Source of the DNA: Anaeromyxobacter sp.
GTDB lineage: Bacteria; Myxococcota; Myxococcia; Myxococcales; Anaeromyxobacteraceae
Reading direction: 5' to 3'
DNA length: 64,000 nucleotides
Assembly: GCA_049840735.1 (NCBI GenBank)
Contig: JASGJN010000019.1
Span: 46,735-110,734, forward strand
Shown here: positions 50,727 through 64,000 of the stretch, one piece after another
How positions within the stretch are numbered: position 1 is the first letter of the stretch
Layout: every line of letters starts with the position of its first letter
Translations under genes and position numbers: made by a program
Notes under the pieces: model-generated
What the model saw: only the letters and a program-made list of their open reading frames with translations
The model's database searches: none
What the model was told of the DNA's origin: nothing

Positions 50727-52472
50727 ATGGACGTCCGCTGCGAGCGCTGCAGGGCGCGATACACCATCGATGACGCGCAGGTGGGGCCCGCCGGGCTGGC
50801 GCTCCAGTGCACCGCGTGCGGCCACACCTTCAAGGTGGTGAAGAAGGAGCTGGTGGTCACGCTGCCGGTGAAGCCCGGCGAGCGCGCCGAGGCGGTCCCG
50901 GCCTCCGCTCCGATCCCCGCTTCGGCGGCCCCGGTTCCGGCGCTGGGCAACGGAGACGCCAGGGAGTGGCGCATCCGCCAGCGCAGCGGGCGGATCACCC
51001 CGTTCCGCGAGCTCTCCAGCCTGCAGCGCTGGATCGTGGAGGGGAAGGTGAGCCGGGACGACGAGATCTCCCGCGCCACCGGCCCGTTCAAGCGGCTGGG
51101 CGACATCCCCGACCTCGACCCCTTCTTCAAGCTGGTGGAGGCCGCGCGCCGTCCGGCCGCGCCGGAGCCGGGCCCGGGCGCGGAGCTGGAGGCGGCGCCG
51201 CCCGACGTGGAGCCCGGCGCCGGTCCGCTGCCCGCGCCGGACGCGTCGCGCGCCGAGCCGGGCGGGGACGTCCGCGGCGTGGTCGCCGACGAGCCGACCT
51301 GGGCCATGGGCGCGCCGCTCCCGCTGGGCGAGCGCGGTCCGTCGGCGCGCTCCGGGCCGGTGGAGGGCGGGCCGGGCTCCGGGCGCGCCGAGCCTGTCGA
51401 AGGACGCCGAGCCTCCTCCTCGCGGCAGCGGCGGCGCGGGATGGGCGGGCGGATCCTCTTCACGCTGCTGCTGCTGGCGGTGGTCGGCGCCGGCGCCAGC
51501 TGGGCGGCGGGCTGGTGGCGGCTCCCCGGCATCGCCTGGCAGGGCGAGGTCGCGCCGAGCGGGCCCGTCGGTGCGATGGGGACGAGCGGCGGGCCTGCCT
51601 TCGACTCCGGGTCCGCCAAGGGCGGACCCTACGCTCAGGCTGACCGGACCGCTGGTGCGTCGGGGACCTCCGGGCCCTCCACCGAAGCGCCGTCCGGCCC
51701 GTCCACGAGTTCACCCACCGGTCCCATCGCCGAGGCACCCTCCGGCCCCGCGCCCGCCGCGCCCAGCGGTCCGTCGACGGAGTCGCCCACCGGCCCGGTC
51801 GATGCCGCCCAGGTTGATCCGGCCACCGCGCCCACCGGCCCGGCGCCCGCCGCGGTGAGCCCCGCGGCCGAGGCCTCCACCGGTCCGGCTCCTGCTCCAG
51901 CCGCGCCTGCGAGCGCGGCTGCGCCCTCCCCGCCCTCCGCCGCACCCGCCGCCACGCCAGCGGCCGGCTCTCTCGCGGGAGCGGGGGCCGCGGGCACGGC
52001 CGCCGCAGCGGGGGCCCCTGCCGGGGAGGTGGTCGCCGCCGCCCCACCACCCAAGAAAAAGCCGAGCAAGTCCGCGGCCACCCAGCAGGCCAGCGCCTCA
52101 CCGGACGAGGACCCCAAGAAGCTGTTCGCCCGCGCCGAGCGGGACCGGCTGCTGGATGATCCGCGCAGCGCCGTCGCGTACTACGATCGCGTCCTGGAGG
52201 CCGAGCCGAAGAACGGCCGGGCGCTGGTCGGCCGCGGGCTGTGCCAGGTCGATCTGGGCCGGTACGCTGAGGCCCGGAAGAGCTTCGAGGCGGCGCTGAA
52301 GATCGTGCCGGACAGCGCCGAGGCGGTGATGGGAATGGCGGAGGCTTCGCGCTGGCAGGGGCGCACCGACGAGGCCGTCCGGTGGTACGAGCGGTACCTG
52401 GCGGATCACCCGGACGGCAAGGAAGCGGACGTCGCCCGGAACGCCATCGAGGAACTGAGGAGGGCACCATGA
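50727..52472 (+). CDS. MJ0042-type zinc-ribbon - TM - TPR protein
   Basis: [14 protein letters not shown]...[25 protein letters not shown], one TM segment, Pro/Ala linker, C-terminal TPRs. Confidence 0.8.
   Translation: MDVRCERCRARYTIDDAQVGPAGLALQCTACGHTFKVVKKELVVTLPVKPGERAEAVPASAPIPASAAPVPALGNGDAREWRIRQRSGRITPFRELSSLQRWIVEGKVSRDDEISRATGPFKRLGDIPDLDPFFKLVEAARRPAAPEPGPGAELEAAPPDVEPGAGPLPAPDASRAEPGGDVRGVVADEPTWAMGAPLPLGERGPSARSGPVEGGPGSGRAEPVEGRRASSSRQRRRGMGGRILFTLLLLAVVGAGASWAAGWWRLPGIAWQGEVAPSGPVGAMGTSGGPAFDSGSAKGGPYAQADRTAGASGTSGPSTEAPSGPSTSSPTGPIAEAPSGPAPAAPSGPSTESPTGPVDAAQVDPATAPTGPAPAAVSPAAEASTGPAPAPAAPASAAAPSPPSAAPAATPAAGSLAGAGAAGTAAAAGAPAGEVVAAAPPPKKKPSKSAATQQASASPDEDPKKLFARAERDRLLDDPRSAVAYYDRVLEAEPKNGRALVGRGLCQVDLGRYAEARKSFEAALKIVPDSAEAVMGMAEASRWQGRTDEAVRWYERYLADHPDGKEADVARNAIEELRRAP
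51597..51647 (+). repeat. REP-like element in frame inside the zinc-ribbon/TPR gene
   Basis: gccttcgactcc-gggtccgcc aag ggcggaccc-tacgctcaggctgaccgg; a shorter gagcctgtcgaagg remnant lies near 51390. Confidence 0.8.
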
Positions 52473-52783
52473 CCACGAACAACCCCGGCGACGAATGGTT
52501 CGTCCGCGAGGACGCCGAGCGCAAGCGGAAGCTGGCGCTCGACCTCCAGCGGCAGACCGAGGCGGCGGAGCGCGCGCGCCTCAAGCAGCTGCACTGGATG
52601 CGCTGCCCGAAGTGCGGCATGGAGATGCACGAGATGAAGCTGCGCGGCGTCGACGTGGACGTCTGCTTCGGCTGCAACGGCGTCTTCCTCGACCAGCGCG
52701 ACCTCGAGAACCTCGAGAAGCCCGAGGCCAAGGGCGTGATGAACGGCATCCTCAACTGGTTCAAGGCGGAGAAGGGCAAGTAG
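52469..52783 (+). CDS. Small zinc-finger (zf-TFIIB-like) protein
   Basis: MRCPKCG..M......VDVDVC..C.GVFLD; translationally coupled to both neighbours. Confidence 0.8.
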   Translation: MTTNNPGDEWFVREDAERKRKLALDLQRQTEAAERARLKQLHWMRCPKCGMEMHEMKLRGVDVDVCFGCNGVFLDQRDLENLEKPEAKGVMNGILNWFKAEKGK

Positions 52784-53073
52784 ATGCCGCTCTCGCTCGA
52801 CGAGGTCCGGCGCATCGCTGCGCTGGCCCGGCTGCAGCTGTCCCCCGAGGAGGAGCGGCAGTTCGCCGGCCAGCTCTCGGCCATCCTCGACCACGTGGAG
52901 CAGCTGAAGGCGCTCGACGTGTCCGGCGTGGAGCCCATGACCCACGCGCTGGCCGCGGGCGAGGTGCCCGCGCTGCGCGACGACGTGGCGGAGCCGGGCC
53001 TGGGCGCCGCCCAGGCCGTGGCCGCCGCCCCTGCCCGCGAGGGCACGAGCTTCAAGGTCCCGAGGATCATCGA

Positions 53074-53077
<4 letters not shown>
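52784..53077 (+). CDS. gatC: Asp/Glu-tRNA amidotransferase subunit C
   Basis: [11 protein letters not shown]...[16 protein letters not shown]...LRDD...FKVPRIIE. Confidence 0.95.
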
Positions 53078-54549
<1,472 letters not shown>

Positions 54550-56004
54550 ATGCCGCTCGCCGACTTCCAGATCGTGCTGGGGCTCGAGGTCCACGCCCAG
54601 CTGCTCACCCGCTCCAAGATCTTCTGCGGCTGCTCCACCGCCTTCGGCGGCGAGCCCAACGCCCACACCTGCCCGGTCTGCCTCGGGCTCCCGGGCGCGC
54701 TGCCGGCCTTGAACCGCGAGGTGGTGGCGATGGCGGTGCGCACCGGCCTGGCGCTGGGCTGCACCATCCGCCCGCGCAGCGTCTTCGCGCGCAAGAACTA
54801 CTTCTACCCGGACCTGCCCAAGGGCTACCAGATCTCGCAGTACGAGCTGCCCATCTGCGAGGGCGGCACCGTCACCTTCGACGTCGACGGCCAGGAGAAG
54901 ACGGTCCGGCTGACCCGCATCCACATGGAGGAGGACGCCGGCAAGAACGTGCACGACGTCTCGGCCGACGGCGCCTCCGGCGTGGACCTGAACCGCGCCG
55001 GCGTGCCGCTGCTCGAGATCGTCTCCGAGCCGGACCTGCGCTCCGCGGCCGAGGCGGTGGCGTACCTCAAGGCGCTGCGCGCCCTGCTGATGGCGCTGGG
55101 CGTGAACGACGGGAACATGCAGGAGGGGTCGCTCCGCTGCGACGCCAACGTCTCGGTCATGCGCAAGGGGGCCGACAAGTACGGCACGCGCTGCGAGATC
55201 AAGAACATGAACTCGTTCCGCTTCCTGGAGCAGGCCATCGCCTACGAGGCCGGTCGCCAGGTGGAGCTCGTCGAGGGCGGCGGGGCGGTGGTGCAGGAGA
55301 CGCGCCTCTTCGATCCGGATCGCGGCGAGACCCGCTCGATGCGCTCGAAGGAGGAGGCACACGACTACCGCTACTTCCCCGAGCCGGACCTGCCGCCGGT
55401 GCTGGTCGCGCCGGCGCAGATCGAGGCCGCGCGCCAGGCGCTGCCCGAGCTGCCGCGGGCCCGCGCCACGCGCTACCAGGCGCAGCTGGGCCTGTCGGCC
55501 TACGACGCCGCGCTGCTGGTGGCGGACGCGGCGGTGGCGGCGTTCTTCGACCGCACGCTGGCCGCCCGCGGCGGCGGCCCGGAGGCGGCCAAGAAGGCGG
55601 CCAACTGGCTCAACGGAGAGGTGGCCAAGCTGGCCAACGAGGCTGGGACCGGACCGGCCGACTGGAAGCTCACGCCGGAGAAGCTGGCCAAGGTGCTGGA
55701 GCTGATCGACGCCGGCACCATCGGCGGCCCGGGCGCGAAGCAGGTGCTGGAGGAGGTCTTCCGCACCGGCGCCGAGCCGGCCGCGGTGGTCCAGGCCAAG
55801 GGGCTGGCGCAGGTCTCGGACGAGGGGGCCATCGAGGCGGTGGTGGACCGCGTCCTGGCCGCCAGCCCGGCCGAGGTGGAGAAGCACAGGAGCGGCAAGA
55901 AGAACCTGACCGGCTTCTTCGTCGGCGCGATCATGAAGGAGCTGCGCGGCAAGGGGAATCCGGCGGTGGTGAACGCGCTCCTGAAGAAGAAGCTGGAAGG
56001 GTGA
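54550..56004 (+). CDS. gatB: Asp/Glu-tRNA amidotransferase subunit B
   Basis: [41 protein letters not shown]. Confidence 0.98.
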   Translation: MPLADFQIVLGLEVHAQLLTRSKIFCGCSTAFGGEPNAHTCPVCLGLPGALPALNREVVAMAVRTGLALGCTIRPRSVFARKNYFYPDLPKGYQISQYELPICEGGTVTFDVDGQEKTVRLTRIHMEEDAGKNVHDVSADGASGVDLNRAGVPLLEIVSEPDLRSAAEAVAYLKALRALLMALGVNDGNMQEGSLRCDANVSVMRKGADKYGTRCEIKNMNSFRFLEQAIAYEAGRQVELVEGGGAVVQETRLFDPDRGETRSMRSKEEAHDYRYFPEPDLPPVLVAPAQIEAARQALPELPRARATRYQAQLGLSAYDAALLVADAAVAAFFDRTLAARGGGPEAAKKAANWLNGEVAKLANEAGTGPADWKLTPEKLAKVLELIDAGTIGGPGAKQVLEEVFRTGAEPAAVVQAKGLAQVSDEGAIEAVVDRVLAASPAEVEKHRSGKKNLTGFFVGAIMKELRGKGNPAVVNALLKKKLEG

Positions 56005-56020
56005 CGGTCGGTACCGCGCG

Positions 56021-56151
56021 CCCTTCGACAGGCTCAGGGCGAACGGCTGCGGACTCCGCTCGTGCGTCCTTTGGGCCCGGCGGAGGCCTCAATCCGTTCG
56101 CCCTGAGCGTAGCCGCCGCCACGGGCGGCGGCGAAGTCGAAGGGTGAACGG
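56021..56151. repeat. Inverted pair of REP-like elements (56021-56046, 56094-56151)
   Basis: cccttcgacaggctcagggcgaacgg and ccgttcgccctgagcgta-gccgccgcc acg ggcggcggc-gaagtcgaagggtgaacgg. Confidence 0.85.
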
Positions 56152-56164
56152 GACAGAAAGGGAG

Positions 56165-56373
56165 ATGGTGATGGGCTGGGCAGGCTGGGGCGCAGGCCCC
56201 TCGGGCGCAGGCGCCGCCGGTACGAGCAGGATCTTCCTCGGCGTGTCACTGGTCGCGGCCGCCGTGCTGCTGGGCATCTCGGTGGTCCGCGCCCACTGGC
56301 CCATGGCCGCCGCCGGCGCGGTGCTCACCGCCTACTTCGCCCTCCGCCTCTTCGCCGGCCTGGGGAAGCGCCC

Positions 56374-56377
<4 letters not shown>
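56165..56377 (+). CDS. Small two-TM membrane protein
   Basis: Two hydrophobic helices; its stop overlaps the mtnA start (ATGA). Confidence 0.5.
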
Positions 56378-57393
<1,016 letters not shown>

Positions 57394-57631
57394 CGCGCCC
57401 ATCCCCGAGCGCGGGATCCTGAAATAGGTATCCGTCGGTTCCCGGCGGAGTTTAGCGCCAGCCCCTCGCTGGTATAGGGGTTCCCCGGTTCCCCGGCATT
57501 CCGTGCCTTGTTGTCGCAGGCGCTAAACCTCCGCGGTGCGCCGCGGATAACCCGTTCAGCCAGCGGCGATCGACCAGAGGGGCAGGTGCCCCGGGGGGCA
57601 GATCGCGGCATGACGACGGGGTCTGCACACC

Positions 57632-60600
57632 ATGGTCGCGATCTTCAGCGGGAACTCGCTGGGCCTGAACCTCAGCTCGCTCACCTCCCTCGGCGGGCGG
57701 GGCCTCTTCGGCTCCAGCACCCAGGGGCAGGGCGGAGAGCGCGCCTACGTCAACGTGTTCAGCGGCAACCTGGTGCTGCAGCGCGGCGACGCGCTGCTGG
57801 TCGGCAACGGCCCGGACACCTCGGCGCTGCGGACGTACAACAGCCAGGGCGCCTACGACTTCGACGGCAACGGGGACTTCTGGCAGGGCGCGCCGACGCG
57901 GGCCATCCAGGACCTCGGGGGCGGGCGGCTCCGCCGGATCGACACCGACGGCTCGACCTGCGACTACGCCTGGGACGCCGCCAAGGGCGCCTACCTGGCG
58001 GAGATCACCGGCAGCTCGGCCCGCGACAGCATCGTCATCAACGGCGACGGGACGTACACCTGGACCGACGGCGCCTCGACCACGCGTGAGACCTACCAGG
58101 CCGGCGCGGTCGGCCGGATCCTCACGCAGACCGACGCGGCCGGGAACACGCTGAGCTACAGCTACAGCGGCTCGAACCAGCTGACCGCGGTGACGAGCGC
58201 CAGCGGCGAGTCGATCACCTACACCTACGGCGGCGCGAGCGGCCGGAACCTGCTGCGGGTCGACACGGCGCTGAACGTGGACGGGGTCCTGACGCTGCAG
58301 AGCGTCTCGTACACCTACGACGCGCAGAACCGGCTCGAGACGGTGAGCGTGGCGCTCAACCCCCGGGGCCTGGGGGCCGTCACGGCGGGTGAGACCGGGA
58401 CGGTCTTCAAGACCACGTACACCTACGACGGGACGAGCAACCGCGTGGCAAGCGTGGTCCAGAGCGACGGCACGCGCACGGACTTCACCTATGTCCTGGT
58501 GGGCGGCACCTACAGGGTGGCGACCGTCCAGGACGGCGCGGGCAACGTCACGCAGTTCGCGTACGATGCCGCGGCGGGAAAGACCACGGTCACGGACCCG
58601 CTGGGCGTCTCCACCGTCTACCAGTACGACACCAAGGGACAGCTCACGCTGGTGCGCGGCGGCGTGACCGCAGCCAATCCCGGCGGGCTCACCTGGGTCA
58701 GCTACGGCTACGACGCCACCGGGGACGTCGCGTCCATCACTGACGCCCTGGGCCGCACCGTCCAGCTCAGCTACGACAATGGCAACCTGACGAGGCAGGT
58801 GGACTCGGCCGGCAACACCATCGACAGGACCTACGACGGCCACAACCAACTCCTCACCGAGACCGTCACCACCGGCAGCGGCGCGCTGACGACCCGGTAC
58901 GTCTACGACGCCGGCGGGAAGAACGAGCTCCGGTTCGTGATCAGCCCCGAGGGCCGGGTCACCGAGCATCGGTACGGCACCGGGACCCCCACAGACGAGC
59001 CGCTGGGCCGGCGGATCGCGACCCTCGAGTACCGCGCCAGGGGTTACGAATCTCTCCGGGTTGGCGGCGACGGCCGTTCCGACCGAGCAGCAGCTGAGGG
59101 ACTGGGTCACGGGCCTCGCGGGCGACCGCAGCCTCGCCGTCCGCACCAGCTACAAGTACGATCTGCGCGGCGAGCTGAAGCTGTCGGTGGTCTACACGGA
59201 GCTGGACGCGACGGGAGAGGGCGTCTCCGGCACCGGTGCCACCACCCAGTACGTCTACAACGAGCGCGGCGAGCTGCTGCAGACCATCACGCCCGATGGA
59301 CGTGGCCTCACCCAGACCGTCTACGACGGCATGGGGGCGCGTGGTCTCCAGCCTGGTGAAGTCGGCGGACGGCACGCTCTCAATCCCCACCGTCTCGCTC
59401 TACGACGACGCCGGCGGGAAGATCAGCGTCACCCTCGCCAACAACCTGGTGCGGACGTCCACCTTCGACGGCGCGGGCCGGCTCGTCTCGGTCGTGGAGT
59501 CGTCCGCCGGGACCACGCTCGGGACGACCCGCTACTCCTACGACGCGGACAACCGGCTGGTGATGACCCAGGGGCCCACCGGTCAGCGCAGATGGGTGCT
59601 GTACGACGCGGCCGGGCGAAAGGTCGCCGACGTGGGTCCGTCGGGTAGCCTGACCGAGTACGTCTACGACGCGGCGAACCAGCTCACCCAGACCATCGGG
59701 TACGCCACCCCGGTCACGGTCGGCCTGCTGGTCGACGCCAGCGGCAACCCGACCACTCCGGCGCTCTCGTCCATCCGCCCCGCCGCCACTGCGACGGATG
59801 CGAAGACCTGGAACCTCTACGACGCGGCTGGCCGGCTCACCTACCAGGTGGATGCGCTGGGCTACGTCACGCAGACCCGCTACGACGAGGCCGGTCGCGT
59901 CCTGTCGACCACGCAGTACGCGAACGGGGTGAGCACCGCCGCGCTGGGGAACGGGGTCGGCGCGACCGTGGCGCCTGTGGCGTCCGCCGCCGACCGCACC
60001 ATCACCCGGCTGTTGGACAAGGATGGCCTGCTGCGCGGCACCATCGACGGCGAGGGGTACCTCACCGAGCTCCGCTACGACTCGGCGGGCCGCCAGGTCC
60101 AGACCATCCGCTACGCCAGCAAGGTGCGCGGGTACACCGACGCCGCCAGCATCGCGGCGGCGGTCACGACGGTCCGCTCCGGCGGCAACGTGGCCAGCCT
60201 GGTGGATGCCGACGCTGCGAAGGACATGTCCACCTGGACGTACTACGACGCGCGCGGCCAGAAGGTGGCCGAGGTGGACGCGGAGGGCTACCTCACCGAG
60301 CTGACCTACGACTCGAACGGCCGCCTGTCCGAGTCGCGCCGCTACGCCAGCAAGGTGACGGCGACGCTCTCGACCTTCACGAGCTGCTCGGCGCTCCGCC
60401 CGACGGCGAACGCCGAGGATCACTTCACCCGCAACACGTGGGACGCGCTGGGCCGGCTCCTCCGGCAGGAGACGACGGACGGGCTCACGACCGACAACGT
60501 CTACGACACGGTCGGCAACCTGATCAGCACCACCGTCGCCGCCGGGACGGTCGACCAGCGGATCCTCAACAAGCGCTATGACGTTCAGGGGCGCCTGGTC

Positions 60601-63600
60601 GCCGAGCTGACCGCCGTGGGCGCGGCGCTGCTCACCTCGGGCCTGACGCCGGCGCAGGTGGACGACATCTGGGCGCAGTACGGCGTGAAGTACGCATACG
60701 ACGCCGCGGGCCGCCGGATCAGCACCACCGACCAGAACGGCAACCGGACCGTCTTCTTCCACGACGACGCCGGGCGGCTCCGCTACACGGTCAACGCGCT
60801 GGGTGAGGTCACCGAGACCGCCTACGACGCGCTGGGCCGCGTCACCTCGACCAGCGCGCTGGCGACCAGGCTCCCGGCGGCGACGGTGACCAGCCTGGTC
60901 GGCGGCGTGCTCTCCTCCAGCGCCAACGCCGGCGCGGCCACGGCCCTGGTGACCGCGGTCGCCGCCTCCACCCAGAACTCGCTCACGCGGATCGAGTACG
61001 ACGCCCGCGGCCAGCGGACCGCCACCGTCGACGCGCTCAACGTGCGGACCACGGCGACCTATGACGCCTTCGGCGGGGTGGTCCAGACCACCCAGCCGAC
61101 GAACGCCGGCACGCTCGGCCGCACCAGCACCTTCGATCGGCGCGGCCTGGCCACGCGGATGGTGGAGGACCCGAGCGGCCTCGCCATCACCCGCAGCTCG
61201 GTCTACGACGCCTTCGGCCGGCTCATCCAGACGACCGACGCGAACGGCGTCACGATCCCGCCGGCCACCTACGACCGGCTGGGCCGGCTGGTGCAGACCG
61301 TGGACGCACTGGGGGATCCGGTCGACCACGTACGACGCCTTCGGCCGCACGCTCACCCAGACGGACGCGCTGGGCAAGACCACCACTTATCGTTACGAGA
61401 CGGCGAATCGCAAGACGATCGTGACCACGCCGGAGGGCGTGACGGTCACCACCGAGACCACCCGCAACGGCCAGCTGTGCCGGGTGACGGACGGCCGCGG
61501 GAACGCCACCACGTACGAGTACGACGCCGACGGCAACCTCCGGTTCACCCGGCGGGCGGACGGCACGTCGCTCGAGTCCACCTACGATCGCGCAGATCGG
61601 GTGGTGGACCAGATCGACGCGCGCGGGACCATCACGCGCGTCAGCTACGACTCGGCCAACCGGGTGCTGAGCCGCACCGTGAATCCGGGCGGGCTCGGGC
61701 TCACGACCAGCTACGCGTACGACGCCAAGGGCCAGCAGATCAGCGTCACCGATCCGCGCGGCACCGTCACGGCGATCAGCTTCGACCTGGCCGGCCACGT
61801 CCTCACGCAGGCCGTCGATCCCACCGGGCTGAACCTCGTCACGCGCTACGAGTACGACCCGGCCGGCCGGCAGCTCAAGGTGACGAGCCCCGGCTGGCTG
61901 ACCACGCAGTACACCTACGACGTCGCAGGCCGGCGCGTCTCCACCATGGTGAATCCGGGCGGTCTCAACCTGGTCGAGAGCTACACCTACGACAGGAACG
62001 GGAACGTGGTCGCTCGGACCGACGCGCGCGGGAACGTGACCCGGTTCGCCTACGACACGTCCAACCGGCTGGTGTTCACCGTGGACGCCGAGGGTGGCGT
62101 TCGCAAGAGCACGTACGACGCCGAGGGACGGGTCATCTCCACGACCGCCTACGGAACGATCATCGCGCTGGGCTCGCTGCCCATCGCGGCGACCGTCGAC
62201 CAGATTGCACTGCTGCTCCAGCCGGGCTCGGCGACCCGGCCCGACGTGGTGGAGCAGCGGGTCTATGACGGCGACGGCCGCCTGACCTGGAGCGTGGATG
62301 GGGAGGGAGGCGTCACCCAGCTCCGGTACGACGCCAAGGGCAACGTCATCGAACGCCGGACGTACGCCAATCGCATCACGGTGGCGAGCTGGAACCGTGC
62401 GACCACGCCCACGCCGCCGGTCGTCGCCGACGACGCCCGCAATCTGCGGTCGCAGACCGTCTACGACCTGGCCGATCGAGCCAAGTACACGCTCGACGGC
62501 GCGGGCGGGGTGGTGGAGCTGAAGTACGACGCCAACGGCAACGTGCTCGACCGGATCGCCTATGCGCGGACAATCCCGGCGGCCACGGCGGCCACCGAGG
62601 TGGCCATCGGCAGCGCCATCGCCGCGATCAGGAACCCGGTCCTGGATCGCCACGCCTACGCGGTCTACGACGCCGCGAACCGGCGCACCTGGTCAATCGA
62701 CGGCGCCGGCGGGGTCGCGAAGGTGGTGTACGACGCCGACGGCAACGTGGTGGAGCAGAGGACCTACGTCAACCGGATCGATACCAGCAGCTGGACGCTG
62801 GGGACCGCGCCGGCCGTGGTGGCCGACGACACCCGCGACCAGCGGGTCCAGTCCGTCTACGACCGGGCCAACCGGGCTCGCTTCACGATCAGCGGCACCG
62901 GCGGCGTGGTCGAGCAGAAGTACGATTGGAACGGCAACGTTACCGAGCAGATCAGCTACGCCACGACCATCTCCACCGCGACGCCGGCGACCGAGTCCGA
63001 CGTGTCCGGTGCCGTGGTGAAGAGCGCGGCGCGGGATCAGCACGTCTATCATGGCTATGACGCCGCCGGCCGGCGCACCTGGACCGTCGACGGCGTGGGC
63101 GGCACCACGACCCGTGCCTACGACGCGAACGGCAACCTCATTGAGGAGCGCGTCTACGCGGCCAAGCTGAACCTCTCGACCTGGACGCCCGGCACCACGC
63201 CGACCGTGACGGGGACCGCCGCCAACCCCGATCTGCCGGCGAGGAACGTCTACGACAAGGCCAACCGCGTCCGCTTCACCATGAACGGCGTGGGCGCCGT
63301 GGTGGAGCAGACCTACGACGGCGTCGGTCACGTGCTCGAGCGCGTGGCCTACGCGACGGTCGTCCCGACCTCGACCGCGATGAACGAGGTGGATCTCGAG
63401 GACCGCCGTCAACGCGGTGAAGAACGACGCGAAGGACTCCCGCGTCCGGTCGCGCTACGACGCCGCTGGGCGCGTGGCCTGGACGGCCAACGGCGCCGGC
63501 GCGGTCACCCGGCAGATTTACGACGGCGCCGGGCAGCTGGTGAAGCAGGTGGCCTACGCCACGGCCGTCGCGAACACGGTCGAGCCGAGCGCGGTGGCTG

Positions 63601-64000
63601 CCACGGCCGACGACCGGGTCACGCTGTTCGCGTACGACAAGGCTGGTCGCCAGGTCTTCACGGTGAACGCGCTGGGCGGCGTGAGCCAGACCGTCTACGA
63701 CGGCACCGGCAGCGCCATCCAGCGCATCGCCTACGGCGATACCATCGCGGCGCCGACCGCGGCCACGGATCCGGCGGGCGTCGCGGCCGCCGTGAACCCG
63801 GTGCTGGGCGGGAGCGGTGAGAAGCGCGTGTCGAGCGCCGTCTTCGACGCAGCGGGCCGGCAGGTCTACACCGTGGACGCGGCGGGCGCGTTCACCCGCA
63901 GCTGGTACGACGGCGCGGGCAGCCTGATCGCGACGCGCGCATACGCGTATGGCATCACGGCCGGCAGCACGCCCGTGCTCCTGGCTTCCGGTGACCTGCA
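57632..64000 (+). CDS. Giant YD/RHS-repeat protein, 3' end outside window (frameshifts near 59040, 59335, 61315, 63405)
   Basis: DUF6531-like VNVFSGNL...RTYNS, followed by dozens of YDxxGR repeats through ORFs 57632, 59061, 59236, 61061 and beyond. Confidence 0.9.

Overview
High-GC window whose gene content (TIGR02270-like, PEGA, PilZ-REC, MJ0042-type zinc-ribbon/TPR and IgGFc-binding-like lipoprotein genes) suggests a myxobacterium, probably Anaeromyxobacter-like; this is an inference. About 25 single-base frameshifts interrupt otherwise intact genes, including ftsK, HU and clpV. They look like uncorrected long-read errors, so genes are reconstructed across them. Family names come from motif recognition by eye, not from database searches. 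Layout: (1) 1-5.8 kb is a mosaic toxin/immunity array with Imm11-like and Imm49-like genes, truncated AHH-nuclease remnants, an 88-bp duplicated junction and a TIGR02270-like gene. (2) 5.9-18.9 kb holds a PEGA protein, a Ser/Thr kinase, an Ig-like lipoprotein and a T6SS accessory block (FHA-TM-lytic transglycosylase fusion, tssH/clpV, tagH, lipoprotein). (3) 19-21 kb is a tandem array of about 217 bp x 9.4 built from inverted pairs of a REP-like element. The same element is dispersed through the window, shows covarying stems and also sits inside three ORFs. (4) Housekeeping genes: HU, nuoEFJK, plsY, can, ftsK, gatCAB, mtnA. (5) A di-heme peroxidase / porin / FMN-binding / apbE operon with a palindromic operator. 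(6) A giant YD/RHS protein running off the right end.
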